Below are positions 30,737 through 40,802 of a DNA stretch of 64,000 nt, piece after piece. This stretch comes from a bacterium (GTDB lineage: Bacteria; UBA8248). Positions within the stretch are counted from its first letter, which is position 1, and each line of letters opens with the position of its first letter. The notes beneath the pieces were generated by a model. It was not told where the DNA came from. It did no database searches and worked only from the letters and a program-made list of their open reading frames with translations. Made by a program: the position numbers and the translations under genes. The stretch lies in NCBI GenBank assembly GCA_965200245.1, contig CBDATS010000005.1, positions 608,001-672,000 on the forward strand, in the 5' to 3' direction.

Positions 30737-31992
30737 GACTCCACTTCACGCCGGATACCCGCACCAAGTACCCGCAACCTTTCCTCAAACCGCTGATATC
30801 CCCTGTCGATATGATATGCGTTGCGGATGATGGTTTCTCCGCTAGCCGCCAGCCCCGCCAGAACCAGCGAGGCGCTCGCTCTCAAGTCCGTTGCCGTCAC
30901 CGAAACACCCGCGAGATGCTCCACACCCTCGACATGCGCCGTCCGGCCGTCGATATGAATTCGCGCGTTCATTCTGGCGAGTTCGGCGGCGTGCATAAAG
31001 CGGTTTTCGAAAATGGTCTCCGTGATGACGGAGGTTCCCTCCGCAAGCGTCATCAGTGCCATAAACTGAGCCTGCAAATCAGTGGGAAAACCGGGATAGG
31101 GCGCTGTCTTGACATTCACGGGTCGTACGGAGCCGTTGCTCTGCACACGAATCCAGTCTTCTCCTTCGGATATATCGAGGCCAGCCTCGATGAGCTTGAG
31201 TGCCAATGCGTGTACTTGTTCCGGCTCGCAATTCGTAATTTCCAAATCTCCTCCCGTGATGGCAGCCGCTATCATTAGGGTTCCCACCTCGATGCGGTCG
31301 GCGGGAACGGCCACATCGTATCCCGACAGCGACTCTACTCCTTCTATCTCAATAACGGGCGTGCCCGCACCGCTCACCTTCGCACCCATTCGGTTCAGCA
31401 AATCAGCGAGCGTGACGACCTCGGGCTCCAAAGCCGCATTTTCGAGAACTGTGGTCCCTTTCGCCAACGTGGCCGCCATCATCAGGTTCTTCGTCCCCGT
31501 AACTGTCGTGAGATCGAACGAAATGTGCGCGCCTGCGAGTTTTCGGGCCTTCGCTTCGATGTAGCCCTGTTCTATCTCGATCTCCGCTCCCATCGCGCTC
31601 AGACCCTTCAAATGCTGATCGACGGGTCTCGCGCCGATGGCGCAGCCTCCCGGAAGTGAGACGCGCGCCGAGCCAAAACGCGCGAGCAAGGGACCAAGCA
31701 CTAGTATGGAAGCCCGCATCGCCTGCACGAGTTCATAGGGCGCGACCCCGCCGGTGATGTTCGTGGCGTCCAAGGAGATGTGCCCGAGCGATTCTTCGCG
31801 TGTATCTACGCCGAATTCCCCCAGGAGTTTCAGAATCGTCTTCGTATCGCGCAAGTTTGGGACTCTACGCGCATGGCTCACCCCATCGGCCAGGATGGCG
31901 GCGGCCAGAATTGGCAAAGAAGCGTTCTTGGAGCCCGATGCCTCGGCCTCTCCACGCAGTGGAGAACCTCCTTGGATTCGAAATTGCTCCAC
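30733..31992 (-). CDS. murA: UDP-GlcNAc 1-carboxyvinyltransferase
   Basis: GSKNA, MRAS, LPGGCAIGARP, GFPTD and DLRA. Confidence 0.97.
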   Translation of the reverse strand: MEQFRIQGGSPLRGEAEASGSKNASLPILAAAILADGVSHARRVPNLRDTKTILKLLGEFGVDTREESLGHISLDATNITGGVAPYELVQAMRASILVLGPLLARFGSARVSLPGGCAIGARPVDQHLKGLSAMGAEIEIEQGYIEAKARKLAGAHISFDLTTVTGTKNLMMAATLAKGTTVLENAALEPEVVTLADLLNRMGAKVSGAGTPVIEIEGVESLSGYDVAVPADRIEVGTLMIAAAITGGDLEITNCEPEQVHALALKLIEAGLDISEGEDWIRVQSNGSVRPVNVKTAPYPGFPTDLQAQFMALMTLAEGTSVITETIFENRFMHAAELARMNARIHIDGRTAHVEGVEHLAGVSVTATDLRASASLVLAGLAASGETIIRNAYHIDRGYQRFEERLRVLGAGIRREVES

Positions 31993-31995
31993 GAC

Positions 31996-32886
31996 CTATG
32001 CCCTCATCAGTTCCAAGACCCGCTCACGCCCAGCGAGGTCTATATGGCACCTCACAGCGTTGTAACTTCCCTGTTCTTTCGAGACAGCTACCGCCTTGGC
32101 CATCTGTCGCGGGTCCATTTCAATCAAAAGACAACCCCCGCTCGGGAGAAATTCAGGCGCCTCCCCGATGATGCGCCGGATGAAGTCCATTCCGTCCGCG
32201 CCGCCATCAAGCGCGAGCCGTGGTTCGAACGAGGAAACCTCGGGCATCAGGCTTTCCAGTTCGTTCGTGGCTACATAGGGCGGGTTCGCGGCAATCAACT
32301 CGAATTCCTCTCCCTCACAGAGCGAATCGAACAAATCGGAGACCAAAAACCTCGTTCGACTTTCAAGAGCGAATCTCTCCGCATTTCGCCTCGCCACTCC
32401 AAGCGCCTTGGAGGAAACATCAAGCAAAGTGAGTTTCACTTCTGTCCATTCGCTCGCAATCGCCAGCCCCACTGCGCCACTACCCGCACACAGGTCGAGG
32501 ACTCTGATCTCTCGCCCACATCCTGCGAGCGCCAAGGCGCGTTCGACGAGAAGCTCTGACTCAGGCCTGGGAATTAGCACGTCCGGCGAAACGGATAACG
32601 ACATAGACCAGAACTCCCGCTTTCCCAAGATGTAGGACATCGGTTCGCGGGTCGATCTTCTCTGCGCCAAGGCCTCCACGCGCGCGAGCGCATCGGCCGT
32701 AACCACACTCTCGGGATGGGCGTGGAGATGCGCCCTGTCACAGCCTAATACCACAGCCAGGATCAGGCGCGCATCCAGTCCCGGTGAATCCACGCCTGCC
32801 GCAGCGAATCGTTCCTCCAAGCAGGAGAGGAGAGCGGACACGCTGGTTTGCGATTCGTTTTGCGCTGCGGGAGGAGAGGTCGTCAT
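31996..32886 (-). CDS. prmC: Release factor glutamine methyltransferase
   Basis: [24 protein letters not shown] and NPPY. Confidence 0.95.
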   Translation of the reverse strand: MTTSPPAAQNESQTSVSALLSCLEERFAAAGVDSPGLDARLILAVVLGCDRAHLHAHPESVVTADALARVEALAQRRSTREPMSYILGKREFWSMSLSVSPDVLIPRPESELLVERALALAGCGREIRVLDLCAGSGAVGLAIASEWTEVKLTLLDVSSKALGVARRNAERFALESRTRFLVSDLFDSLCEGEEFELIAANPPYVATNELESLMPEVSSFEPRLALDGGADGMDFIRRIIGEAPEFLPSGGCLLIEMDPRQMAKAVAVSKEQGSYNAVRCHIDLAGRERVLELMRA

Positions 32887-33974
32887 TCCGTGGAATGGGT
32901 TTCCGTGATTTCTTCCAGTTCTGCCAAACGTTCCGCCTCGCGGTTCTCGATGACTCGCTTGACCATCTCGTCGATACCCCCTTCCATGAAACCAGGGAGA
33001 CCGTGAAGGGTGAGGCCGATGCGGTGATCGGTAACCCTGTCTTGGGGAAAGTTGTAGGTCCTTATCCGCTCGCTCCTGTCCCCACTACCCACGAGGCTCT
33101 TTCGCTGCGCGGAACGTTCTGTCATCTGCTTCTGGATTTCCATGTCGAGTAAATGGGCGGAGAGTATCTTCATCGCCTTGGCGCGGTTTTTGTGCTGGCT
33201 CTTCTCATCCTGGCAAGTGACGACGAGTCCCGTGGGCACATGGGTAATCCGCACGGCGGAATCGGTTGTGTTCACGCTCTGCCCACCCGGACCCGAGGAG
33301 CGATAGACGTCGATCCGTAAATCCTTCTCGTCAATGTTGAGCGCAATCTCATCCGCCTCAGGCAGGACGGCCACTGTGGCAGCGGAGGTATGGATTCTGC
33401 CTTGCGTCTCGGTGACGGGTACCCGTTGAACGCGGTGCGTACCACTCTCATATCGCAAACGGCTGTAGGCACCCGCCCCCTTGATGAGCACGGAGACTTC
33501 CTTGAACCCCCCCAAGTCGCTCTCGCTCTTGTTCAACTCCTCCACCCCCCAACCTTGCACTTCGGCGTAGCGCAAGTACATCCGGTACAAATTGGCTGCG
33601 AAGAGCGCAGCCTCCTGTCCACCCGTGCCCGCACGCACCTCAAGGATGACGTTCTTCTCATCGTTCGGATCCTTGGGCAACAGAAACCTACGGAGCCTCT
33701 CTTCCATTTCCTCTCGCTTGGCAACCGCTTCTTCCAGTTCCGCCTGGGCGAGTTTACTCATCTCGGGATCGCCATCCCCAAGCAGGGACTTCAAATCCTC
33801 GATAGTGTTTTCGTACCCGCGCCATTCCTCGTAGGCTAGGACAATCTGGGATAGCTCTTTGTGCTCACGCGCGGTCTGCTCGAATTTCTTGCGGTCCTTG
33901 AGCAAGGCCGGGTCCGAGAGGCGCGTTTCCAGCGTCCTGTGTTTTTCGATGATTTGTCCGATTTTTTCGAACAT
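32883..33974 (-). CDS. prfA: Peptide chain release factor 1
   Basis: PVT tripeptide, GGQ and RIRTYNFPQ; start placed at ATG 33974 (MFEKI). Confidence 0.97.
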   Translation of the reverse strand: MFEKIGQIIEKHRTLETRLSDPALLKDRKKFEQTAREHKELSQIVLAYEEWRGYENTIEDLKSLLGDGDPEMSKLAQAELEEAVAKREEMEERLRRFLLPKDPNDEKNVILEVRAGTGGQEAALFAANLYRMYLRYAEVQGWGVEELNKSESDLGGFKEVSVLIKGAGAYSRLRYESGTHRVQRVPVTETQGRIHTSAATVAVLPEADEIALNIDEKDLRIDVYRSSGPGGQSVNTTDSAVRITHVPTGLVVTCQDEKSQHKNRAKAMKILSAHLLDMEIQKQMTERSAQRKSLVGSGDRSERIRTYNFPQDRVTDHRIGLTLHGLPGFMEGGIDEMVKRVIENREAERLAELEEITETHSTE

Positions 33975-34096
33975 GGGGGTTGACCGACGGGCAGCAAACG
34001 GGATGGCCCGGGAAAGGCTCGGGTCCATGAATTCGCGTTTGTCGAAGAGCCGCCGTACAAGGGCAGACCCCGAGGCAAACACACAAGACTCCTAGC

Positions 34097-34579
34097 TTAT
34101 GAATCCTCAGACTTCTCGACTTCTCCAGTCGGTTCAGGAGCAGGCAAGGCATCTTCAGCCACAGCGACCACCTCCGCCTCTGTGGATTGCGCTTTCTCCG
34201 CTTGCGTGGCCTGCCTAGCAGCGCGCTCCTCGGCGCGTTTTTTGCGAGCTTCTTCTCGGCGCGCTTTTTCTTCCTCCGCCTTCTCGGCGGCCAGCTTCGC
34301 CTCGCGCTCCAACCGGGCCACACGTTCCGCCTCGGCGGCAGCTTGCTTACGCTTGCGCTTGGAGACCCTTGTCTCTTTGCCCTCGAATTTCTTCACGAAC
34401 TTCTCTACGCGGCCTTCGGTGTCCACGATGCGCGCCTGCTTTCCAGTGAAGAACGGATGGCACTGCGAGCAAACCTCTACTCGAATTTCAGTGCGTGTGG
34501 AGAATGTCGTGAATTCAGTGCCACAACCACTACAGGAAACCCTGCACTCGAACAACTCGGGGTGAATTTCAGCTTTCAT
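34097..34579 (-). CDS. rpmE: 50S ribosomal protein L31 (Zn-binding type) with a long charged C-terminal extension
   Basis: [22 protein letters not shown] and DTEGRVEKF, then about 90 aa rich in E/A/K/R. Confidence 0.93.
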   Translation of the reverse strand: MKAEIHPELFECRVSCSGCGTEFTTFSTRTEIRVEVCSQCHPFFTGKQARIVDTEGRVEKFVKKFEGKETRVSKRKRKQAAAEAERVARLEREAKLAAEKAEEEKARREEARKKRAEERAARQATQAEKAQSTEAEVVAVAEDALPAPEPTGEVEKSEDS

Positions 34580-34692
34580 AACCGGGCGCTCCAAAATCTA
34601 GGGGTCCGAACGTCTGAAACCATTTTGTAAATTTCGATAAATTGAGGGGGTCTTTCTGCAAAAACCGGCCCACCTCCCCTACGTGGAAAGCG

Positions 34693-34721
34693 TTTATACT
34701 GAAACGCCAGCCGCTTGTCTA
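34693..34721 (-). promoter_or_regulatory. Sigma70 promoter for rpmE-prfA-prmC
   Basis: TAGACA-17-TATAAA. Confidence 0.65.
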
Positions 34722-34751
34722 CCCAAAAAATCGCGGAAAAACAAGAGGTTG

Positions 34752-36044
34752 CTAGCTATTCATCGAGGCGAGGAAATCCTCGTTCGTCTTTGTCTCCTGG
34801 ATTTTCTCAAGCAGGAGTTCCATCGAATCCACTACGCCGAGTGGCTGCAAAACTTTGCGTAACACCCACACGCGGTTGAGTTCTTGCGGGGTGAGCAACA
34901 ATTCCTCTTTCCTCGTACCGGACTTGTTGATGTCTACCGAGGGGAACACGCGCTTGTCGGAGAGTTTCCTGTCGAGGTGCACTTCCATGTTGCCCGTGCC
35001 CTTGAACTCCTCGAAAATTACGTCGTCCATACGGCTACCCGTCTCCACCAGCGCCGTGGCGAGAATGGTCAGGCTACCACCTTCCTCAAGGTTTCGCGCA
35101 GCGCCGAAAAAACGCTTGGGCCGCTGGAGCGCGTTCGAGTCCACGCCACCGGATAGGACCTTTCCACTCGGTGAGATGATAGTGTTGTGCGCACGCGCCA
35201 ACCGCGTGATGGAATCGAGCAGAATGACGACATCCTGTTTGTGCTCGGTAAGCCTTTTCGCCTTCTCGATCACCATGTCCGCAACTTGGACGTGGCGAGA
35301 GGCCGGCTCGTCGAAGGTCGAACTGATAACTTCCCCACGCACAGAACGTTCCATGTCCGTGACTTCCTCGGGACGTTCGTCGATGAGCAAAACGATAAGA
35401 TGCACCTCGGGGTGGTTTGTCGCGATGCTCTTCGCGATCGACTGAAGCATCATTGTTTTACCGGTCCGTGGAGCGGCGACGATGAGGCCACGCTGCCCGA
35501 AGCCTATCGGCGTCATGAGGTCCAAAACGCGTGAACTCACCTCTTCCCCGGACATCTCAAGCTTTATTCTTCGGTTCGGATACAGGGGGGTGAGGTTGTC
35601 GAAGAGAACCTTGTCCTTGCTCGCTTCGGGAGGCTCGAAATTGATTTTCTCGACCTTCAAGAGCGCGAAGTATCGCTCACCCTCCTTGGGCTGGCGAATT
35701 TCTCCACTCACCGTATCGCCAGTACGAAGATCGAAGCGGCGGATTTGGCTGGGAGAAACATAGATATCATCAGGGCCGGGCAGATAGTTGTAAGCTGGCG
35801 AACGCAGAAACCCGAAACCGTCCGGCAAAATCTCAAGCACACCCTCTCCGGTGATGATCCCGCCCCCGCCGTTGCGATCCTTGTCGGATTGCGCTTCGAG
35901 AATCTTGTAAATCAGATCCTGTTTTCTGAGCCCACCGGCGTTTTCGGCGTTGAACTCTTTGAGAATCTGATTAAGTTCTCCAATGGTCTTTCTCTTCAAT
36001 TCCGCCAAGTTCAAACTGCGAGATGTTGTTTCGATTGTTGCCAT
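34752..36044 (-). CDS. rho: Transcription termination factor Rho
   Basis: [31 protein letters not shown] and FEEFKGTGN; AAGGAG RBS before ATG 36044. Confidence 0.98.
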   Translation of the reverse strand: MATIETTSRSLNLAELKRKTIGELNQILKEFNAENAGGLRKQDLIYKILEAQSDKDRNGGGGIITGEGVLEILPDGFGFLRSPAYNYLPGPDDIYVSPSQIRRFDLRTGDTVSGEIRQPKEGERYFALLKVEKINFEPPEASKDKVLFDNLTPLYPNRRIKLEMSGEEVSSRVLDLMTPIGFGQRGLIVAAPRTGKTMMLQSIAKSIATNHPEVHLIVLLIDERPEEVTDMERSVRGEVISSTFDEPASRHVQVADMVIEKAKRLTEHKQDVVILLDSITRLARAHNTIISPSGKVLSGGVDSNALQRPKRFFGAARNLEEGGSLTILATALVETGSRMDDVIFEEFKGTGNMEVHLDRKLSDKRVFPSVDINKSGTRKEELLLTPQELNRVWVLRKVLQPLGVVDSMELLLEKIQETKTNEDFLASMNS

Positions 36045-36454
36045 AACTCCCTTCTCCTTGGTTGGGTAGGCATCACTTACCGCCAGGAACGTGAGATGAT
36101 GCCTTCTGGTCGCACCACCCGCCACATTCAGCGCGGGGAGACTTTTCCTCCTAGCCTCAAGCGATAAGGTTGATAAATTGAGATTCCTTAATGTCTGATT
36201 CAAGAATTGGTTCTCATCGCCGGGTGCGATGTGAAACGCGCGTTCGGGTGTATTTCATCACCATTCATAGGTACTCACTTGAACCCATTTATGGAAACAT
36301 ATTTCTGCGCGGAGAGAAATATAACTTCACGCTTCTATTTTTCCCAAGATAAGTTCTACTCTTTTCTTAAAGCTCTAAATCGTTCTGTTTCTGATGGTAT
36401 TTGAAGTCTAGGGCAACGAAAATACATTAGGGATTGACTCACATGTATATTGAA

Positions 36455-36483
36455 AAAATAATCAGTTCGAACAAGTTTGTCAA
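36455..36483 (-). promoter_or_regulatory. Putative rho promoter
   Basis: TTGACA (36483-36478)-17-TATTTT. Confidence 0.55.
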
Positions 36484-36494
36484 CACATTTTATT

Positions 36495-37094
36495 TCATTT
36501 CCCAAAAAGCATATCGATCAACTCCTCCACTTGCTTTCGGGTATCGTCTATCGAGCCGCGATTGTCAATCACGTAATCGGCGTATCCTACCTTTTCCGAG
36601 AGCGGCATCTGCGCATCGACGCGCCTTTTGGCTTCTTCTTCGTTCATTGCGTTGCGCTGGCACAATCGGCCGATTTGCTGAGATTCATCGCAATCGACCA
36701 CCACAATCTTGTCGAATCTCTTCCAGCTTCCAGACTCGATCATGACAGCGGCGTCCACGACCGCAACGGGCACATTCCCTGTCAATTCGATATCCCGCAA
36801 CTGTCTGTCCTGCTCAGCGATGATTTCAGGATGCAAAATTCCCTCGAGAATCTTCTTTTTCGCTGGATCGGAAAAAACGATTTCGCCGAGTCGAGCCCGG
36901 TTCAGACTCTTGTCTTCGGTGAGCACCCCTTCTCCAAAGGCATCAATGATCGCCTTAAGAGCGGGAGTTCCCGGAGCGACTACTTCACGCGCGATCAAGT
37001 CTGCATCAATTACCGGTACACCAAAGTCGCGGAACATCCCGCTCACCGTGGATTTTCCGCTGGCGATTCCCCCAGTCAAACCAACCTTGCGCAT
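36495..37094 (-). CDS. coaE: Dephospho-CoA kinase
   Basis: GLTGGIASGKSTV, IDAD, LNR..LG..VF and HP. Confidence 0.96.
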   Translation of the reverse strand: MRKVGLTGGIASGKSTVSGMFRDFGVPVIDADLIAREVVAPGTPALKAIIDAFGEGVLTEDKSLNRARLGEIVFSDPAKKKILEGILHPEIIAEQDRQLRDIELTGNVPVAVVDAAVMIESGSWKRFDKIVVVDCDESQQIGRLCQRNAMNEEEAKRRVDAQMPLSEKVGYADYVIDNRGSIDDTRKQVEELIDMLFGK

Positions 37095-37157
37095 GTCATC
37101 GCTTTCGGATTTCGGGAAGCATCACATGAAGACATCATTCGAAATCAAGCAAGAAGA

Positions 37158-37433
37158 TTAAATACCTCTTCGCTTGGCCTCTTGCTCATAGTGCTTGTTG
37201 AAAAGCATCTCCCAATCACGGCTTCCCTCGATCAACCTGCTAGAATATGTGCTCAGGACTCTTCGCACCTCTTCTTCTATTTCGTCATCAATGATCAATT
37301 CATTACTGACGGCGCGAAGAACATTCATGCGCAACTCTTCGGGCTCGACGAGAAAATCCACATCCTCGCACTCTTCGATATCCTTAACGATCAAATTCGT
37401 TAAATGGTTGATCTTCTCGCGGCTGAGTTTCAT
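37158..37433 (-). CDS. DUF507 family protein
   Basis: MKLSREKINHL...E..I..EVR..L...F pattern; paralogous to the upstream neighbour. Confidence 0.8.
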   Translation of the reverse strand: MKLSREKINHLTNLIVKDIEECEDVDFLVEPEELRMNVLRAVSNELIIDDEIEEEVRRVLSTYSSRLIEGSRDWEMLFNKHYEQEAKRRGI

Positions 37434-37484
37434 GGCCGCGTCTCCTTGCTGAAAAGAGGAACCCCAAAAAACCTCGTCACCGCT

Positions 37485-37766
37485 TCAAAGCACGAGGTTT
37501 CGCTCACGAGCAAGTTTCGTTTTCACCATCGTAAACATCCGGCTATAGTCCACGTTGCTCCTGTCCATCTCTTCCTCGAAACCCCGCAGGATTTCCTTGA
37601 TTTCGTCGTTCAAACGATCCTCCACCATCAAATCCGATTCGATGACGTGTTCAATCCGGGTCCTGAGCACCGCATGGTTCGAATCTTCAGATATCAATTT
37701 ACGCCGAATCAACCTATCGACGATCTTGTGGGCAATCCGCTCGATCATCTCTCTTCTCAATCTCAT
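37485..37766 (-). CDS. DUF507 family protein
   Basis: MRL.RE.I..IA..I...ED.LN.E...DY..MF..VK.KLA.ER..VL; AGGGAGG RBS. Confidence 0.85.
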   Translation of the reverse strand: MRLRREMIERIAHKIVDRLIRRKLISEDSNHAVLRTRIEHVIESDLMVEDRLNDEIKEILRGFEEEMDRSNVDYSRMFTMVKTKLARERNLVL

Positions 37767-37786
37767 ATCAGGCCCTCCCTAACAAT

Positions 37787-38857
37787 TTACAAAGCCGGAT
37801 TACCCGCTTTCATGACGCGGCGGCTCTTGCGGTACTTCTTCAAAGCGGCTTCTAAATCCTGAGCGAAAGCCTCGCGTAATTCGGCCGGAGCCATCAACTC
37901 CGCTTCATGACCGAAAGACATCAACCATCGCCTGAAACCCCATACATCACTTACCCGAACCATGATGTCGCGGGTCGACTTGCCTTGTTTCTTGATATGC
38001 TCCACTTTGCCGAATGCCTCTTTCATGAAAGAAACGACTGCATGAAGCGCCACACCCTTGCCGAAACGAACCCTCACATTCAAACCATTATTCATCGCTT
38101 CGCGCAAGCACTCGGCCAGCAAAGCCTTCAAATCCAGCTCCAATGGCATCTGAAAGGCTCCAGCCATAACGCGGACGCGCTCAATGCCCTCTAGATGCCA
38201 GACGCTCAAGGTGTCTTTTTCTGATACCCGCGCCAGCAAGTGATAGCCTCCACCATCAAAATGCAGGAGGTATGGATCTATCTTCCACCAGCGTTTTCGA
38301 ATCTCGCCCGCGCGGGCCGCCAGGATTCGGACAGGATTTCCATTTTCTATTGCTTCGATCAGAGCACCTCCCACCCTGCGCTGCTGCCCATGTTCCCTGA
38401 GTGCTCCCAAGACACCAGCGTAGCGCGGCTCTACCCCCTCCGCATACGCGCGCAAAGCAGCGGGGATATGCCTCCGCAACTGGCTGAAAACGCCGGCCAC
38501 GCTATCGCTCAGCGATTCCTCCCTCAGCGGGCTTCCCGGCAAATCTCGCAGCGTGCACAGAGCATAATACAAAGAAGCCCACTGCGAAGGCGAAAACGGC
38601 TTCGGAACAGAATCTATATATTCTCTCAATAAACGATATCGCATCTTGCGACCCGCGCGGATTCTTTCCAGCGGGAATCCCACTTTCACCAAATGCGAAA
38701 TATCCCTTTGAAGCGTTCTCAGGCTCCACGTCTGGCCGTCGCCAGCAGTCGATTCCTCACGCAAGAGAAAGAGGAGTTCTTCATAGGAGTGGCTATCCCC
38801 ATTCTCCAAAGCCCTCAAAACCCTCCAACGGCGTATGAACTGATCCCGAATCGCCAT
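37787..38857 (-). CDS. wHTH-WYL-WCX transcriptional regulator (YafY/PafBC-like), degenerate WYL
   Basis: RTLQRDI..L...GFPL HTH, IDPY.L WYL core and W.MSFG..AE..AP.ELR WCX; start at ATG 38857 after GAGG. Confidence 0.82.
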   Translation of the reverse strand: MAIRDQFIRRWRVLRALENGDSHSYEELLFLLREESTAGDGQTWSLRTLQRDISHLVKVGFPLERIRAGRKMRYRLLREYIDSVPKPFSPSQWASLYYALCTLRDLPGSPLREESLSDSVAGVFSQLRRHIPAALRAYAEGVEPRYAGVLGALREHGQQRRVGGALIEAIENGNPVRILAARAGEIRKRWWKIDPYLLHFDGGGYHLLARVSEKDTLSVWHLEGIERVRVMAGAFQMPLELDLKALLAECLREAMNNGLNVRVRFGKGVALHAVVSFMKEAFGKVEHIKKQGKSTRDIMVRVSDVWGFRRWLMSFGHEAELMAPAELREAFAQDLEAALKKYRKSRRVMKAGNPAL

Positions 38858-38867
38858 AAGGCGTACC

Positions 38868-39743
38868 TCAAACCGTTGTCGGACGGACTTTCGCCCGTTT
38901 CGATAATTCAAGCAATAAACGCAAGGGTTGTGAGAATTTCCCCAGTCTATCCCGCTTGAGGGGGACACCATGACAATCGGAGCCCCCCATGCACAAAATA
39001 CCGTATTTTTGGGCCATATTGCGGTAATGGCGCTGCGCGTCCGCGTCTTGCGAGGGATGCTCCACCTCAACGCCTGCGAGTCCTGCTTCCACGAGGGCCG
39101 GGACAATATCGTCACACGCGCTCAGCAAGGGATGGGCCAGCGTGGCGGCTCCACCGGCGTCACGAATGAGTTCCAGCGCATCAAAAGGTGTAAGGGTATT
39201 CAGTTCCACGTAGCAAGGCGCGCTTTCGCCGATATATTTCTCAAATATCTCCTCAAGCGATTTTGCGAGCCCTTTTCTGAGCATATACGCCCCCAACTGG
39301 CCCCGGGTGATGCTCGGGCTGTCCGCATAGGCGGTGAAAAAATCCTCCTTATCCAGCCGCAGGCCGGAGCGGTTGAGCAGATCGATCATCTGTCCCATTC
39401 GCTTCACCCGAGCGGAGCCGCGCTCCTTGATTTGCGCCGCAAGGCGGGGCGCGTCCGGCTGAATGAAGTGGCCGAGCAAATGCACACTGCGGCCAACGTG
39501 CTCGCATGTGAACTCAATGCCCGGAACAAACGCCATGCCCTGCTTTTTCGCCTCCTCGCTCGCGCGCGGTAAACCGGCAACCGTATCGTGATCCGTTAGC
39601 GATATAGCGCGTATCCCGGCGCGTTTCGCCCTTCGGATCAGCTTTTCCGGGGATTCAAGTCCATCGGACATATTCGAATGGGTATGAAGATCCACAACCT
39701 TGTCATCGAGAGAAAGACCCTTGAAATGCAGGACATCCACCAT
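38868..39743 (-). CDS. PHP-domain metallophosphoesterase (TrpH/YciV-like)
   Basis: DLHTHS..SDG, TDHD, GIE, HLLG, AHP and GGSDCHG. Confidence 0.92.
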   Translation of the reverse strand: MVDVLHFKGLSLDDKVVDLHTHSNMSDGLESPEKLIRRAKRAGIRAISLTDHDTVAGLPRASEEAKKQGMAFVPGIEFTCEHVGRSVHLLGHFIQPDAPRLAAQIKERGSARVKRMGQMIDLLNRSGLRLDKEDFFTAYADSPSITRGQLGAYMLRKGLAKSLEEIFEKYIGESAPCYVELNTLTPFDALELIRDAGGAATLAHPLLSACDDIVPALVEAGLAGVEVEHPSQDADAQRHYRNMAQKYGILCMGGSDCHGVPLKRDRLGKFSQPLRLLLELSKRAKVRPTTV

Positions 39744-39798
39744 GGGTTCAGACTCCTAGATACAAGTGAAACGCCGGACTTTCACCCGACTCGATGAA

Positions 39799-39873
<75 letters not shown>

Positions 39874-39883
39874 CTACACAAAA

Positions 39884-39913
39884 ACGATAGGGCTATGTCG
39901 ACGAAAGTGTCAA
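39884..39913 (-). promoter_or_regulatory. Putative promoter for tRNA-Gly
   Basis: TTGACA-18-TATCGT immediately upstream of the tRNA. Confidence 0.5.
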
Positions 39914-39951
39914 GGAAATGAATAGAGAAAAAATACAATTGGTGGGTATAC

Positions 39952-40800
39952 TCATCTCGCTAAGGTCCACTCCCGGTTTTCGTATCGGGCGCCGGATATC
40001 TCCAACACCCTTTCATTTTCGACGCTCGACAACCCTCCCGGACAAAAACGAAAACCAAGCACTTTCTCCAAACCCGCCTTCAAGGCACCAGCCACATCAC
40101 CAAATGGAACTTCCTCGCCCAGAACCTCCCAAAGGCCAACTGCGTGGGCCTGGAGAGAAAGCGAACGCTCGGCCCCTCTCGGTTTGAGGAGACTCGCGAG
40201 GCGCTCCTCCGAAGAGCGAAGCAAAACGCTACCGTGCTGCAAAACGGCACCGCCCTCTCGGCACTGTGCGCTTCCCACCACTTTCTTTCCGGCGATTGCA
40301 AGCTCCCAAACCGAAGCCGTGGCAAAACAAGAGCCTTGCGAAACGTAAGCACTTCCGCTCGGGGAAACCAGTTCGACCTGCGTACCCAAAGCAGCCAGTC
40401 CTTCGGCCAACCCGAAGCTGATTCTACGATAGGTTTCCTCAATCGCATCGCCCAACAGCACCTGCGGACCGATGACAGAATACGTCAATTCGCACTCATG
40501 GAGCACCGCTCGTCCGCCGGTGAGTCTCCGACATAAGTCGATTCCTTCTTCCGCGAGTCGTTCCAGGAAAATATCTCGCTCGGCTGCTTGGCCGCGTCCC
40601 AGAGATATGGCCGGGGGCGACCACGCGTAAACGCGGAAAGTGACGGGCGCCTCTTCTGGCGGGTGACCACCTTTCAGGAACGCCCGGCAACTCTCGAACA
40701 ACAGTTCGTCCACCGCCATGTTCCAAGCAGCGGCGGCCTCGCCCGTGTTCAGGAAACGCGCAAGGGGAGCGTCTTTCTGTTCGGGATTCGTGGGATACAT
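39952..40800 (-). CDS. Lipoate-protein ligase family (LipM-like octanoyltransferase)
   Basis: NMAVDE, RRLTGGRAVLH, CF, KKVVGSAQ and LQHGS; no LplA C-terminal domain; follows gcvP. Confidence 0.88.
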   Translation of the reverse strand: MYPTNPEQKDAPLARFLNTGEAAAAWNMAVDELLFESCRAFLKGGHPPEEAPVTFRVYAWSPPAISLGRGQAAERDIFLERLAEEGIDLCRRLTGGRAVLHECELTYSVIGPQVLLGDAIEETYRRISFGLAEGLAALGTQVELVSPSGSAYVSQGSCFATASVWELAIAGKKVVGSAQCREGGAVLQHGSVLLRSSEERLASLLKPRGAERSLSLQAHAVGLWEVLGEEVPFGDVAGALKAGLEKVLGFRFCPGGLSSVENERVLEISGARYENREWTLAR

Positions 40801-40802
40801 TC

